A stretch of DNA of 64,000 bases from Myxococcota bacterium (GCA_028277885.1 JANQFK010000022.1:69909-133908), one strand, 5' to 3'. Counted from the first letter of the stretch, positions 41,634-51,267 are shown. Program-made: numbers and translations. The notes: generated by a model from the sequence alone, not told the origin.

Positions 41634-44600
41634 ATGAGCGCCACGAGCCCCGGCCACCGCGCGCAGCGAACCCGCGCCACCGTGATGTTCGCCGACCTGG
41701 TGGGCTTCACCGCGCTCACCGAGACCGTGGGGCCCGAGCGTGCCTACGCGATCTCGACGGGCTGCCTGAAGCTCCTCGACGGCATCGCGCGCAAGCACGG
41801 CGGCGCCGTCGACAAGTATCTCGGCGACAGCCTGATGGCCGTCTTCGGCTACCCGGTGCCCCTCGAAGGCGCCTCCCGCGCCGCCGTGCGGGCGGCGCTC
41901 GAGATCCGCGAGCGGGTCCACGCCTACGTGAAGGAGCTGGCGCTGGAGCCGCGCCTGCGGATCCACGTCGGCATCAACACCGGCGAGCTCGTGGCCGGCG
42001 ACATCCGCGGCCCCGTGGTGCGGGAGTTCCACGTGCTCGGGGACTGCGTGAACGTCGCCGCGCGCCTGAAGGCGAAGGCGCCCCTCGGACGCATCTACGT
42101 GGGGGCCGAGACCGAGGCCGAGACGCGCGGCGGCTTCGCCTACGCGGAGCTCGAGCCCCTCGCGCTGAAGGGCAAGAGCCGGCGCGTCCCCGCCTTCGAG
42201 CTGCTCGGCTCCCGGGAGCCCCTCTACCGCGAGCGGCTGGGAAGCGGCGAGCCCCCGTTCTCCGACCTCGTCGGTCGTGAGGCCGAGCTGGAGGAGCTGC
42301 ACTCCCGCGTGGCCGCCCTGGCCGCCGGCCGGGGCGGCGCGGTCCTGATCCGGGGCGAGGAGGGCGTGGGCAAGACCCGCCTGCTCGAGCGCCTCGACGA
42401 CGACGCGGCGGCTCGCGGCCTGCGCCGCCTGCAGTTCGGCCCCCGCGCCGGCGGCGGGCGTGCCGAGCTCCAGCTCGCCGCCGGCCTGGTGGCGGCGTGG
42501 GCGGGCGTCGAGGGCGGGGACGATCCCGAGGCGGTGGAGGCGCGGATCCGGGCGGGGCCGGGTGCCGCGACCCTTCCGGTGGCGGTGGGGGACCTGGCTG
42601 CGCTGGTCGCGGGCGGAGCGGCCGCCGAGGGGGCTCTCGATGCCGGGCTGCGCCGCGCGCTCGTGGGCATCCTCGAGAGGCTCTGCGAGGACGCGCCGCT
42701 CCTGCTCGCCCTCGAGGACCTGCATCTCGCCGACGCGGCCGGTCTCGCGCTGGTGGAGGACTGGCTCGCCGTGGCGTCGCGCCGGCCGCTCCTCGTGCTG
42801 CTGGGCGTGCGCTCCGGCTCCGCGGCCGAGGGCCTCGCGAGCGCGCTGCCGACGGGCGTCGGCGCGGAGCTGGCCCTCGGCCCACTGAGCGCCGAGGACG
42901 GCCGGCGGCTGGTCGAGGCCCTGGGCGGCGGGCAGCTCCCCCAGCGTCCCCGCGCGCTTCTGTTGGAGCGCGCGGCCGGCAACCCGGGCCGCCTGCTCCT
43001 CGGCGTCTTCCTGGCGGCGGCGCTGGAGTCCGAGGAGGCCCAGGCGGACCGGGAGCTGCGTCCCAGCGACGCCGAGCGGCGGCGCGCCACGATCCTGTTC
43101 GCCGACATCACGGGCTTCACCGCCATGACGGAGCGCCTCGGCCCCGAGACCGCCTACCCGATCGTGGCGGGGGCCCTCTCGCTCCTCGACGAGGTGGCCC
43201 GCCGCCACGGCGGGACCGTGGACAAGTACATGGGCGACTGCGTGATGGCGCTGTTCGGCATCCCCGTCGCGATCGAGGACGCTCCCCGCGCCGCGCTCAA
43301 CGCCGCCATCGAGATGCGCCGCCGCATCCAGGAGTACAACGACACCCACGGCCTCGAGCTGCGTCTCGACGTCCACACCGGCATCCACACCGGGCTCGGC
43401 ATCGCGGGCGACATCAGCGGGCCGCTGCTGCGGGAGTTCGCGGTGATGGGCGAGTCCGTCGAGGTCGCGAGCCTGCTGACGGACCGGGCCGAGGCGGGGC
43501 AGGTCTTCGTGGGGCCCGAGACCTGGCGCTCCACCCGCGAGCGCTTCGAGTTCGAGGAGCGCGAGCCCCTCCGGCTCGACGGGCGCAGCGGAGCGCTCGA
43601 CTGCTACGAGCTGCGCTCGGACCGGGCGCAGCTCCATCGCGGCCGGCTCGGAGCCGAGCGCCGGATCTTCTCGGCGCTGGTGGGACGAGAGGCGGAGCTG
43701 GCCCGCCTCGAGGAGTCCCTCGCCGCGCTCCGCCGCGGGCGGGGCGGGACGACCAGCGTGATCGCCGACGCGGGCGTGGGAAAGTCGCGCCTGGTGGCCG
43801 AGCTGCGCGCGAGCGCGGCCGCCGAGGGCCTGGCCTGGGTGGAGGGCCGCTCGCTCTCGAACGGGGCACGGCTCTCCTACCACCCCTTCGCGGACCTGGT
43901 CCGGCAGTGGGCGCGGGTGGACGACGGCGACGACGACGCCTCGGCCCTCGCGAAGCTCGAGGCCCTGGTGGCCGGCCTGCTCGCCGAGGACGCCGAGGAG
44001 GTGCTGCCCTTCGTCGCCTCGGTCTCGGGCATGCGGCTCGACGCCGAGCGCGAGCAGCGGGTCTCGCGGCTCGAGGGCGACGCCCGGGAGAAGCGGGTCC
44101 GCAACGCGGTCACCGACCTGCTGCGCGCGGGCGCCCGGGCCGCGCCCACGGTCGTGGTGATGGACGACCTGCACTGGGCGGACCAGTCCTCCATCGAGCT
44201 GCTCGAGTCGGTGCTGCCCCTGGTGGGGGAGCAGCCGCTCCTGCTCCTGAACGTGTTCCGCCCCGGCTACGCGGACACCTCGGGTCGCATCCTGGCGGGC
44301 TGCCGCGGGCTCGGTGGCCACGCCGAGATCGAGCTGCGGCCCCTCGACGCGGGCGCCACGCGCCTGATGCTCAACAACCTGTTCCGCCAGGGCGACATCC
44401 CCCAGCGCACCCGCGCCCTCATCGAGGAGAAGGCCGGCGGCAACCCGTTCTACATCGAGGAGGTGGTCCGCTCCCTCGTGGACCAGGGCGCCATCGAGAG
44501 CCACGACGACCGCTTCCGCGCCACGGAGAGGATCCACGAGGTCGAGATCCCGGGCACGATCCAGGAGGTCATCATGGCCCGGGTGGACCGCCTCGGCGCC

Positions 44601-46430
44601 GGGCGCCGGCGCCTGCTCCAGACCGCGGCGGTGGTCGGCCAGAACTTCCACGAGGTGGTGCTCGACGCCCTGGCGCCGGACGTCTCCCTCGAGGAGGAGC
44701 TCGCGTCCCTGGTCGAGGCCGAGTTCCTGGTGCCCTCGGATCGCCTCCAGGGACGGGAGTTCGCCTTCAAGCATCCCCTCATCCACGAGGTCACCTACGC
44801 GGGCCTGCTCGAGACGCGCCGCGAGGAGCTGCACCGGGAGGTGGCCGAGGCCATCGAGGCGCGGCTCCCGGACAGCGTGCCGGGGCACACGGGCATGCTC
44901 GCCTACCACTTCAGCAAGGGCCGCGACGCCGAGCGCGCCGAGGAGTACCTGTTCCGGGCCGGCGACGAGGCGGCGCGGGTCGCGGCCTCGAGCGAGGCGC
45001 TGCACTTCTTCCGCGAGGCCTCGAAGCTCTACCTGGAGCTGCACGGAGAGGGCGGCGACCCGGCCAAGCGCGCACTGCTGGAGAAGAGCATCGCCCGGGC
45101 CCTCTACCACCGCGGCCAGCTCCCGGAGGCCGAGGAGCACTTCAACCAGGCCATCGAGCACCTCGGCGTGCGGGTTCCGCGCAGCGACCGGGCGCTGCTG
45201 CTGGGAGCCGTGCGGAACCTGGTCCCCATGCTGAGCCGCCTCTACCTGCCGCCCCTGCGCCGGCGTCCGCCCGCCGACGAGACCCGCCGCGAGGTGTTCG
45301 AGCTGATGGTGGAGCGCTCGCTGTGCGAGGTCACCTCGAACCCGACGCGCTTCGTGGTCGACACCCTGGACGGCGCCACCAAGCTCCAGCGCTACGACCC
45401 GGAGACGGTCCCGGTGGCGACGCGCTTCCTGGCCGGGGCGAGCACCATCTTCTCCTACGGAGGGATCTCGTTCGCGCTGAGCCGGCGCTGCCTCGACCTG
45501 GCGGGTCGCTACGTCCGCGAGGGCGACACGCGCTCGCGCATGATGTACGAGCTCACGGGCTTCATCCACCACTCCTGGGAGGGCGACTGGAGCCCGGAGC
45601 ACGAGGTGGACGAGGCGCTCCTCGACGAGGCCGTGCGCGACGGACTGCTCTGGGACGTGGTCACCTACCTCGGCACCCACGCCGAGCAGCGCTGCTGCAA
45701 GGGCGACTTCGGGCGCACCCGGGAGCGGCTGCGCCAGGTGGACGAGCTGTGGGAGCGCTACGACCACGACCTCGCCAAGTCCACCCACTACGCCCTCACC
45801 ATGTACCTGGCCCTCGAGGAGGGGCGCCTCGACGACGCCGTCGGCGCGGCGGACGCCTACTACGAGGAGAACCCCGAGGAGCTGCTCCACATCCTCGCCC
45901 TCGGTGGCAAGGCGAAGGCCCAGCTCGGGCTCGGCGACCTCGACGGCGCCGAGGCGACCCTCGAGGTGTGTGGGCAGCGGGTCGAGGAGGCGGGGGGAGG
46001 TCGCGTGCCCCCCTACCAGCTGAGCGGCTACCAGCGCTCGCGGCTGCTGCTCGACGTGGCCCGCTTCGAGGCCGAGGGCGGCGCGCGCGTGCGGAGAAGG
46101 GCACGCCGCAGCCTGCGGGCGGCCCTCGGAGGGGCGGCGCGCTGTGCGCTGCGACGGGTGGAGGTGTACCGCCTGGCCGGTCTGCTCGCCTGGCTCTCCG
46201 ACGACGTGCGGGGGGCGACGCGCTGGTGGGAGCGCGCCCTCGGCGAGGCGCGGCGCCTGGGGGCCCGGCCGCAGCTCGCACGGACCCACGCCGAGCTGGC
46301 GCGGCGGCTCGACGGGGCGCCCGTCGACGCGGTCGGCGGGCTCGACGCCGCGGGCCACCGGCAGCGCGCCGGAGCCCTGGAGGCCGAGCTGGGCCTCGCC
46401 CGCCCGCCCGCCCGCGGGGTGACCCGGTGA
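41634..46430 (+). CDS. Tandem class III nucleotidyl cyclase / STAND-type P-loop NTPase protein: [CYC-NTPase]x2 - TPR-like C-terminus
   Basis: CYC1 has VMFADLVGFT, DKYLGDSLMAVFG and GDCVNVAARL. NTPase 1 has GEEGVGKT. CYC2 has ILFADITGFT, DKYMGDCVMALFG and GESVEVASLL. NTPase 2 has ADAGVGKS and DDLHWAD. Confidence 0.85.
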   Translation: MSATSPGHRAQRTRATVMFADLVGFTALTETVGPERAYAISTGCLKLLDGIARKHGGAVDKYLGDSLMAVFGYPVPLEGASRAAVRAALEIRERVHAYVKELALEPRLRIHVGINTGELVAGDIRGPVVREFHVLGDCVNVAARLKAKAPLGRIYVGAETEAETRGGFAYAELEPLALKGKSRRVPAFELLGSREPLYRERLGSGEPPFSDLVGREAELEELHSRVAALAAGRGGAVLIRGEEGVGKTRLLERLDDDAAARGLRRLQFGPRAGGGRAELQLAAGLVAAWAGVEGGDDPEAVEARIRAGPGAATLPVAVGDLAALVAGGAAAEGALDAGLRRALVGILERLCEDAPLLLALEDLHLADAAGLALVEDWLAVASRRPLLVLLGVRSGSAAEGLASALPTGVGAELALGPLSAEDGRRLVEALGGGQLPQRPRALLLERAAGNPGRLLLGVFLAAALESEEAQADRELRPSDAERRRATILFADITGFTAMTERLGPETAYPIVAGALSLLDEVARRHGGTVDKYMGDCVMALFGIPVAIEDAPRAALNAAIEMRRRIQEYNDTHGLELRLDVHTGIHTGLGIAGDISGPLLREFAVMGESVEVASLLTDRAEAGQVFVGPETWRSTRERFEFEEREPLRLDGRSGALDCYELRSDRAQLHRGRLGAERRIFSALVGREAELARLEESLAALRRGRGGTTSVIADAGVGKSRLVAELRASAAAEGLAWVEGRSLSNGARLSYHPFADLVRQWARVDDGDDDASALAKLEALVAGLLAEDAEEVLPFVASVSGMRLDAEREQRVSRLEGDAREKRVRNAVTDLLRAGARAAPTVVVMDDLHWADQSSIELLESVLPLVGEQPLLLLNVFRPGYADTSGRILAGCRGLGGHAEIELRPLDAGATRLMLNNLFRQGDIPQRTRALIEEKAGGNPFYIEEVVRSLVDQGAIESHDDRFRATERIHEVEIPGTIQEVIMARVDRLGAGRRRLLQTAAVVGQNFHEVVLDALAPDVSLEEELASLVEAEFLVPSDRLQGREFAFKHPLIHEVTYAGLLETRREELHREVAEAIEARLPDSVPGHTGMLAYHFSKGRDAERAEEYLFRAGDEAARVAASSEALHFFREASKLYLELHGEGGDPAKRALLEKSIARALYHRGQLPEAEEHFNQAIEHLGVRVPRSDRALLLGAVRNLVPMLSRLYLPPLRRRPPADETRREVFELMVERSLCEVTSNPTRFVVDTLDGATKLQRYDPETVPVATRFLAGASTIFSYGGISFALSRRCLDLAGRYVREGDTRSRMMYELTGFIHHSWEGDWSPEHEVDEALLDEAVRDGLLWDVVTYLGTHAEQRCCKGDFGRTRERLRQVDELWERYDHDLAKSTHYALTMYLALEEGRLDDAVGAADAYYEENPEELLHILALGGKAKAQLGLGDLDGAEATLEVCGQRVEEAGGGRVPPYQLSGYQRSRLLLDVARFEAEGGARVRRRARRSLRAALGGAARCALRRVEVYRLAGLLAWLSDDVRGATRWWERALGEARRLGARPQLARTHAELARRLDGAPVDAVGGLDAAGHRQRAGALEAELGLARPPARGVTR

Positions 46431-46518
46431 CGTTTCGGGGCGCCGGGGGCCACTGCGGATTGACCCCGGGGTGTCCAACGCCCTACACCTAAGGACTACG
46501 CACGCCGCCGAGGTCCCC

Positions 46519-49500
46519 ATGCCGCCGCCGTCCGCATCCCCGCGTCGCTCCAGCGCCCTTCTGCTGTGGGCCCTGGCCGCCGGCCTGGCCGCCCCCGAGC
46601 CGTCCCGGGCGATGTGCGACGTGATCCCCTCTCCGACGGACTTCTTCCGGGGAGCCCTCGGCAGCATCACCACCCCGGCCCTGATCCCCGGCCTCTCGGT
46701 GGACGTGATCGTGCGCTCGGTGGTGTGCGACCAGGACACGCGCTCGGCCGCGCCCGACTTCCTCGGTGCCGGCGGGGCGGCGCTCACCGCGGCGGACCTG
46801 AGCGTCGCGATCCTGTTCCAGCCCCTCGACCCCACCGCGCCGCGCAACGGCCTGTGGCTGCGGCCGAGCTGCGCCGGGGTCGGGCCGATCGCGATCCCCG
46901 GGCCCGGGGCCGAGGGATCGGTGACCTGCCTCGACGGCGCCGACGCCGACTACGAGGTGGTGAGCGTCGACCTGGGCGACGGCACGATGCAGGATCGGCT
47001 GCGTCTCGTCTTCCCGGACACCGACGCGCTGGTCGACGCCCCGGCCGACGGGCTGGGCCTGGCCGGGCCGGCGAAGGTCGCCGTGCTGCTCGCCGACGCG
47101 CCGTTCCCGACGGCGCTGGCCACCACCCTGTGCGCGGACTTCACGGGCGCGCTCGTCTCCTGCGCCGACTTCCTCTACAAGCGCGACTCCACCTGCCGGA
47201 CGGCTCCCGACTCGGTGGAGCCCTCGGCGATCCACGTGACCGCGCTGCCGCGGCCCAACGACTTCGCCGACCTCTGCGTCGCCGAGACGGCGGACTCGCC
47301 CTGCAACCTGGCGCCCGGCGCGACCGGACCGCCGCTGCTCTTCACGACGGACGTCGAGGGCAACGCGCTGGTCCCCATGGACTACACCGACGTCCTGGTG
47401 CGCGTGCTGGGCGAGCCGTTCCCCCAGCTGGTCTCGGGGGCCCTCGAGGCGGCCGGGAGCATCATCGAGCTGCCGAGCGCCAACTTCCTGGAGAGCCGGG
47501 CGCCCAACTGGGCCCTGCTCCCTCCGCTCTTCGGCCCCGCCTCGGACCTCGAGGCCGTGGGCGAGCTGTTCGGCTCCGTCGACGCCCGCATCGGCGTCCA
47601 CATCGCCCGGCGCCGCAGCCCGAACTTCCAGCAGTGCAGCGGGGGCGCGCGCGCCGGCCTGCCGTGCTTCGACGGCGAGGACTGCCCGGCACCCGGGGCC
47701 TGCGTCCCGGGTACCTGCACCGGCAACGCGGCCGTCGTGTGCGCCGGCGACCTCGCCTGTGCGGGCGCCGGCGAGTGCGGTCCCTCCAACTTCGACCTCT
47801 CGAGCGCCGCGGCGGGAGAGGGCTGCAGCTCGATTCCCGGCGCCTGCCCGGCCGCCTTCCCCTGCACCACCCAGGGCGCCGTGCGGCTCGAGGTAGTGGC
47901 CTCGGGCAGCACCGACGATCGCGCCATCAACACGCCGGTGAACGAGTGCGTGGTGGAGGCCGCCGCTCTCGCCGGGGGGCTCCCCCTGCCGCCCTCGCTG
48001 AACGTGGGCTTCGACCTCCGGGACGAGGTCGTTCAGCTCATCGACCGCACCACCTTCGACGCCCAGAAGATCGGGCAGGAGGGGGCGGTCGCCCGCTCGG
48101 TGACCCGCATCCAGGACGGCCTGTTCACCTTCGATTCGTCGATGGTGGAGGGAGAGCGGCTCGTGCACCTGGAGTCCGAGTTCCAGGAGGGCTGCTCGTT
48201 CAGCACGACCTGCGACCGCAACGCCAACGGGCTGATCTCCGACGACTTCATGCGGGCCTACCAGCTCGGCCCGCCGGGCTCGGAGTTCGCCATCGACCTG
48301 ATGTCCACGGCGGTGATCACACCCCTGGTGAGCCCGCCGACGCTCCCCGTGGCCGGGGCCACGACCGCCGACGGCCTGCTGCTCGCCGTGGAGGCCGAGC
48401 CGCGCATCGACAACCGGCCCATCAGGATCTCCGAGGGCAAGGTCTTCGTCCGGGTGGATCCCCTCGACAACGTGCTCCACGAGCTCACCCGGACCGCCCG
48501 CGCCAGCGACAACGGGGGGCCGGGGGCCCTCGGGAACGACGACGTCTTCGACGCCCGGGTCTCCCACCACGGCGACTTCGTGATCTTCTCCACCTCGTCC
48601 GACAACCTGTTGGGCTCCGAGGGGGACGAGAACGGCAGGGACGACGTCTTCCTCCGCGACCGCGCGCCCACCGCCGAGACCCGTCGCGTCAGCATCCCCA
48701 GCTGCGCCCAGCAGGCCAGCGAGGAGCTCGAGGGCAACGACGATTCGAACGACGGCGACGTATCCGCGGACGGTCGCTGGGCGGTCTTCGAGAGCCGTGC
48801 CACGAACCTCGTCCCGGGCGACACCAACTCGCGGACGGACATCTTCCTCCGCGACATGTGGGCGACGTGCCCCGACGAGATCCTGTTCCTGCTGACCCCC
48901 GGCCTCGGCGGCGTGCCGGCCGACGGCAGCTCCTTCGATCCGCGCATCTCCGCCGACGGCCGCTTCGTCGTCTGGTCGAGCTTCGCGAGCAACCTGGTGC
49001 CCGGCGACGGCAACTTCTCCTCGGACATCTTCCTGCTCGATCGCGACACCGACGGGGACGGGGACTTCGGCGACCTCACCCTCACCCGGATCCCGACGCC
49101 CCTCGGCGCCTCCGACCCGGACGTGGCCGAGACCGGCGCCACCGCCTACGCGGACGGGGGCGAGGGCCCCGCGAACGTCCTGCTCACCGAGAACGGCACC
49201 ACCCTCTCGCTGAACGGCCCCTCGTCCGAGGCCTTCGGGCCCTCGATCTCCGCGGACGGCCGCTTCGTGGCGTTCCAGCTCCGGACCTTCTCGCCCTCCT
49301 TCCAGGAGAACACGGTGGTCTTCGACCGAGAGACGGGGAACGTGCGCCTCGCGCTCTCCGCGACCGCGCCGAGGGAGTGCTTCGAGCTGGGCTTCGAGAC
49401 GGTCCCCAACAGCTGGCAGGCCGACATCAGTGGCGACGGCCGCTTCCTGGCCGTCACCACCGACCGCGACCTGGTCCAGGACGACGCCGACTCCGAGGAC

Positions 49501-51267
49501 GATCTCTACCGGGAGGACCTGCTGAGCGGCGCGATCAGCTTCCTGAGCGACGTCGGGAGCTCGGGCTTCGTCGAGGAGCCCTCGATCTCGTCCCGGGGCA
49601 ACATGGTCTCCTTCATCGGGCCGACCGGGATGGAGCTCGACACCGCCTGGTTGAGCGCCCCGGACGTCGAGACCGGTGGGGTCGTGGAGACCGGGGCCTT
49701 CCTGGGCGTGATGGATACCGAGGTGACGCCGCCGGAGATCTACGTCTTCGACCTGCCCGCGGACTTCGCGGCGGTCTCCCACGGACGCGCGGTGGTGGCG
49801 GCCGAGGACGAGAACGTCCAGCTCTTCCGCCACGCCTGCACGGGCGACGTCTCGATCAGCTGCCGGACGGACGCGGACTGCGGCCCGGCGGGGCCCTGCA
49901 TCCCCCGGGTCGAGGACCTGCTGCGCCCCTCCGTGGTCGGCCCGGGCCAGCTGGCCATCGACGAGAACTTCGCCTGCGCGGTGACGGACGACGGCGACGG
50001 GCCCGTCGTGGCCTGCCACGAGATCGGGACGCCGCCCAGCTCGTCCCTGGACGACGTCCTGGACGCGAACGGCCAGCCCGTGATCGCGGACTCGATCCAG
50101 ATCTTCGACGGCAAGCTCGCCGTGAAGGTGCCGGCGGGCGGCGGCCGGTTCGTGCTCTTCACCGCCGACCTCGAGGGCGGCGGGCCCCTGGTGCCCCACG
50201 ACTTCGTGGAGGACTTCGTGCTGGGGGAGGTGGTCTGCTTCACGCGGCCCGAGCCCGTGCTGGACGCCGAGGGCCGCCCCTGCGACCTCGACAACGACGG
50301 CGACTGCAACAACGACGTCATGACCATCGTGGCCTTCCCCGGCGATCCCACCGCGCAGCTCCTGAACTGCGACCGGCTCTCCGTGGCCTGCGATCAGGGG
50401 GCCTGCAACCCGGGCGAGCCACACAGCGTGATCGGCCGCACCTGCAAGTTCATCATCGACGAGGAGCTCGTCGGGGTGGACGGCGTGGGGACGCCCGGGC
50501 TGGGCGGCGACCTGAACGAGCTCGAGGCCCTGATCGGGCGCTGCGTCCCCAACGACCAGGGCACGGCGGCGGACACCGACATCGGCAGCCCCGTCGACCT
50601 GGACTCCAGCGAGAACCCGGTGGAGCAGGGCGAGGGCGGCGACACGGACGTCGACCAGACCGGCCTGTGCATCGACGACGCGACGGGAGCGGCCACCACG
50701 CCGTGCCTGACGTCGGCGGAGTGCGGCAACAACCAGACCTGCAGCACGGACCTCTTCCCGGTGACCCTGGCGAGCTCGGATCGCGACGGCGACGGCTGGC
50801 TCGACACGGACGACAACTGCCCCGACACGCCGAACGCGGGCCAGGAGAACTTCGACGCGGCCGCCGAGCTGCCCGAGGTGGTGGGCGACGCGTGCGATCC
50901 CTTCAGCTGCGGCGACGGGATCGTGCAGTCGGCCGAGGAGTGCGACCTGGGCGCGGCCAACGGCGGCCCCCGCTGCACCGCGGACTGCGCGCTGCCGCCG
51001 CTGGCCTGCCCCTGCTTCGGTCCGGAGGACCTCGTGGCGCCCATCTCGCTGTGCCTCGAGTTCGGGCCGTGGTCGGGCTTCTACACCGTCAACTACTCCA
51101 ACGCGCCCGGCGGCTACTTCGCCGACGTGCGCCAGAACTACTGCCGCTACGTGGCGCCGCCGGGCCCCCTGGTGGGCTCGATCCTGACCCCCCAGGAGTT
51201 CCTCGACTGCCGGCAGCTCCTGCTGAACGCCCAGCAGGACCAGGGGGCGAGCTGCATCGTCTTCTGA
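46519..51267 (+). CDS. Giant secreted Cys-rich protein: beta-propeller-like repeats, TSP3-like Ca-binding motif, Myxococcus cysteine-rich repeat
   Basis: ATG at 46519 gives the signal peptide MPPPSASPRRSSALLLWALAAGLAAPEPSRA. About six S-x-DGR-x-V repeats are present. DRDGDGWLDTDDNCPDTPN lies at about 50780-50850 and CGDGIVQSAEECD...C at 50908-50988. Confidence 0.75.
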   Translation: MPPPSASPRRSSALLLWALAAGLAAPEPSRAMCDVIPSPTDFFRGALGSITTPALIPGLSVDVIVRSVVCDQDTRSAAPDFLGAGGAALTAADLSVAILFQPLDPTAPRNGLWLRPSCAGVGPIAIPGPGAEGSVTCLDGADADYEVVSVDLGDGTMQDRLRLVFPDTDALVDAPADGLGLAGPAKVAVLLADAPFPTALATTLCADFTGALVSCADFLYKRDSTCRTAPDSVEPSAIHVTALPRPNDFADLCVAETADSPCNLAPGATGPPLLFTTDVEGNALVPMDYTDVLVRVLGEPFPQLVSGALEAAGSIIELPSANFLESRAPNWALLPPLFGPASDLEAVGELFGSVDARIGVHIARRRSPNFQQCSGGARAGLPCFDGEDCPAPGACVPGTCTGNAAVVCAGDLACAGAGECGPSNFDLSSAAAGEGCSSIPGACPAAFPCTTQGAVRLEVVASGSTDDRAINTPVNECVVEAAALAGGLPLPPSLNVGFDLRDEVVQLIDRTTFDAQKIGQEGAVARSVTRIQDGLFTFDSSMVEGERLVHLESEFQEGCSFSTTCDRNANGLISDDFMRAYQLGPPGSEFAIDLMSTAVITPLVSPPTLPVAGATTADGLLLAVEAEPRIDNRPIRISEGKVFVRVDPLDNVLHELTRTARASDNGGPGALGNDDVFDARVSHHGDFVIFSTSSDNLLGSEGDENGRDDVFLRDRAPTAETRRVSIPSCAQQASEELEGNDDSNDGDVSADGRWAVFESRATNLVPGDTNSRTDIFLRDMWATCPDEILFLLTPGLGGVPADGSSFDPRISADGRFVVWSSFASNLVPGDGNFSSDIFLLDRDTDGDGDFGDLTLTRIPTPLGASDPDVAETGATAYADGGEGPANVLLTENGTTLSLNGPSSEAFGPSISADGRFVAFQLRTFSPSFQENTVVFDRETGNVRLALSATAPRECFELGFETVPNSWQADISGDGRFLAVTTDRDLVQDDADSEDDLYREDLLSGAISFLSDVGSSGFVEEPSISSRGNMVSFIGPTGMELDTAWLSAPDVETGGVVETGAFLGVMDTEVTPPEIYVFDLPADFAAVSHGRAVVAAEDENVQLFRHACTGDVSISCRTDADCGPAGPCIPRVEDLLRPSVVGPGQLAIDENFACAVTDDGDGPVVACHEIGTPPSSSLDDVLDANGQPVIADSIQIFDGKLAVKVPAGGGRFVLFTADLEGGGPLVPHDFVEDFVLGEVVCFTRPEPVLDAEGRPCDLDNDGDCNNDVMTIVAFPGDPTAQLLNCDRLSVACDQGACNPGEPHSVIGRTCKFIIDEELVGVDGVGTPGLGGDLNELEALIGRCVPNDQGTAADTDIGSPVDLDSSENPVEQGEGGDTDVDQTGLCIDDATGAATTPCLTSAECGNNQTCSTDLFPVTLASSDRDGDGWLDTDDNCPDTPNAGQENFDAAAELPEVVGDACDPFSCGDGIVQSAEECDLGAANGGPRCTADCALPPLACPCFGPEDLVAPISLCLEFGPWSGFYTVNYSNAPGGYFADVRQNYCRYVAPPGPLVGSILTPQEFLDCRQLLLNAQQDQGASCIVF
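48550..49630 (+). repeat. About six PD40/TolB-like propeller-blade repeats inside the giant protein (approximate bounds)
   Basis: Recurrent pattern: (V/I)S-x-DGR-(F/W)-V-x-(F/W)-x-S...NLVPGD-x-N...D(I/V)FL-x-D. Examples are VSADGRWAVFESRATNLVPGDTNSRTDIFLRD and ISADGRFVVWSSFASNLVPGDGNFSSDIFLLD. Confidence 0.6.

Noticed and set aside
39621-46430. Pycsar/CBASS-like anti-phage cyclase-effector pair
   Set aside because: The cyclase is a huge class III CHD/STAND/TPR signalling protein, not a compact Pycsar or CD-NTase enzyme. The cNMP-binding partner is a metabolic glutaminase rather than a TM, TIR or nuclease effector. It is kept as a signalling hypothesis only.
39168-46847. 2559-aa minus-strand ORF, the longest in the track
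   Set aside because: Only its last ~132 codons (39168-39566, MAPEG-like) resemble a real protein. The rest is Arg/Gly/Ala/Pro-rich nonsense lying antisense to the well-supported glutaminase and cyclase genes. Long stop-free antisense frames are expected at this GC content.
41634-51267. Two adjacent track ORFs both exactly 1598 aa (possible duplication)
   Set aside because: The two proteins share no sequence similarity. The second ORF's true start is probably ATG 46519 (1582 aa). The equal length is coincidence.
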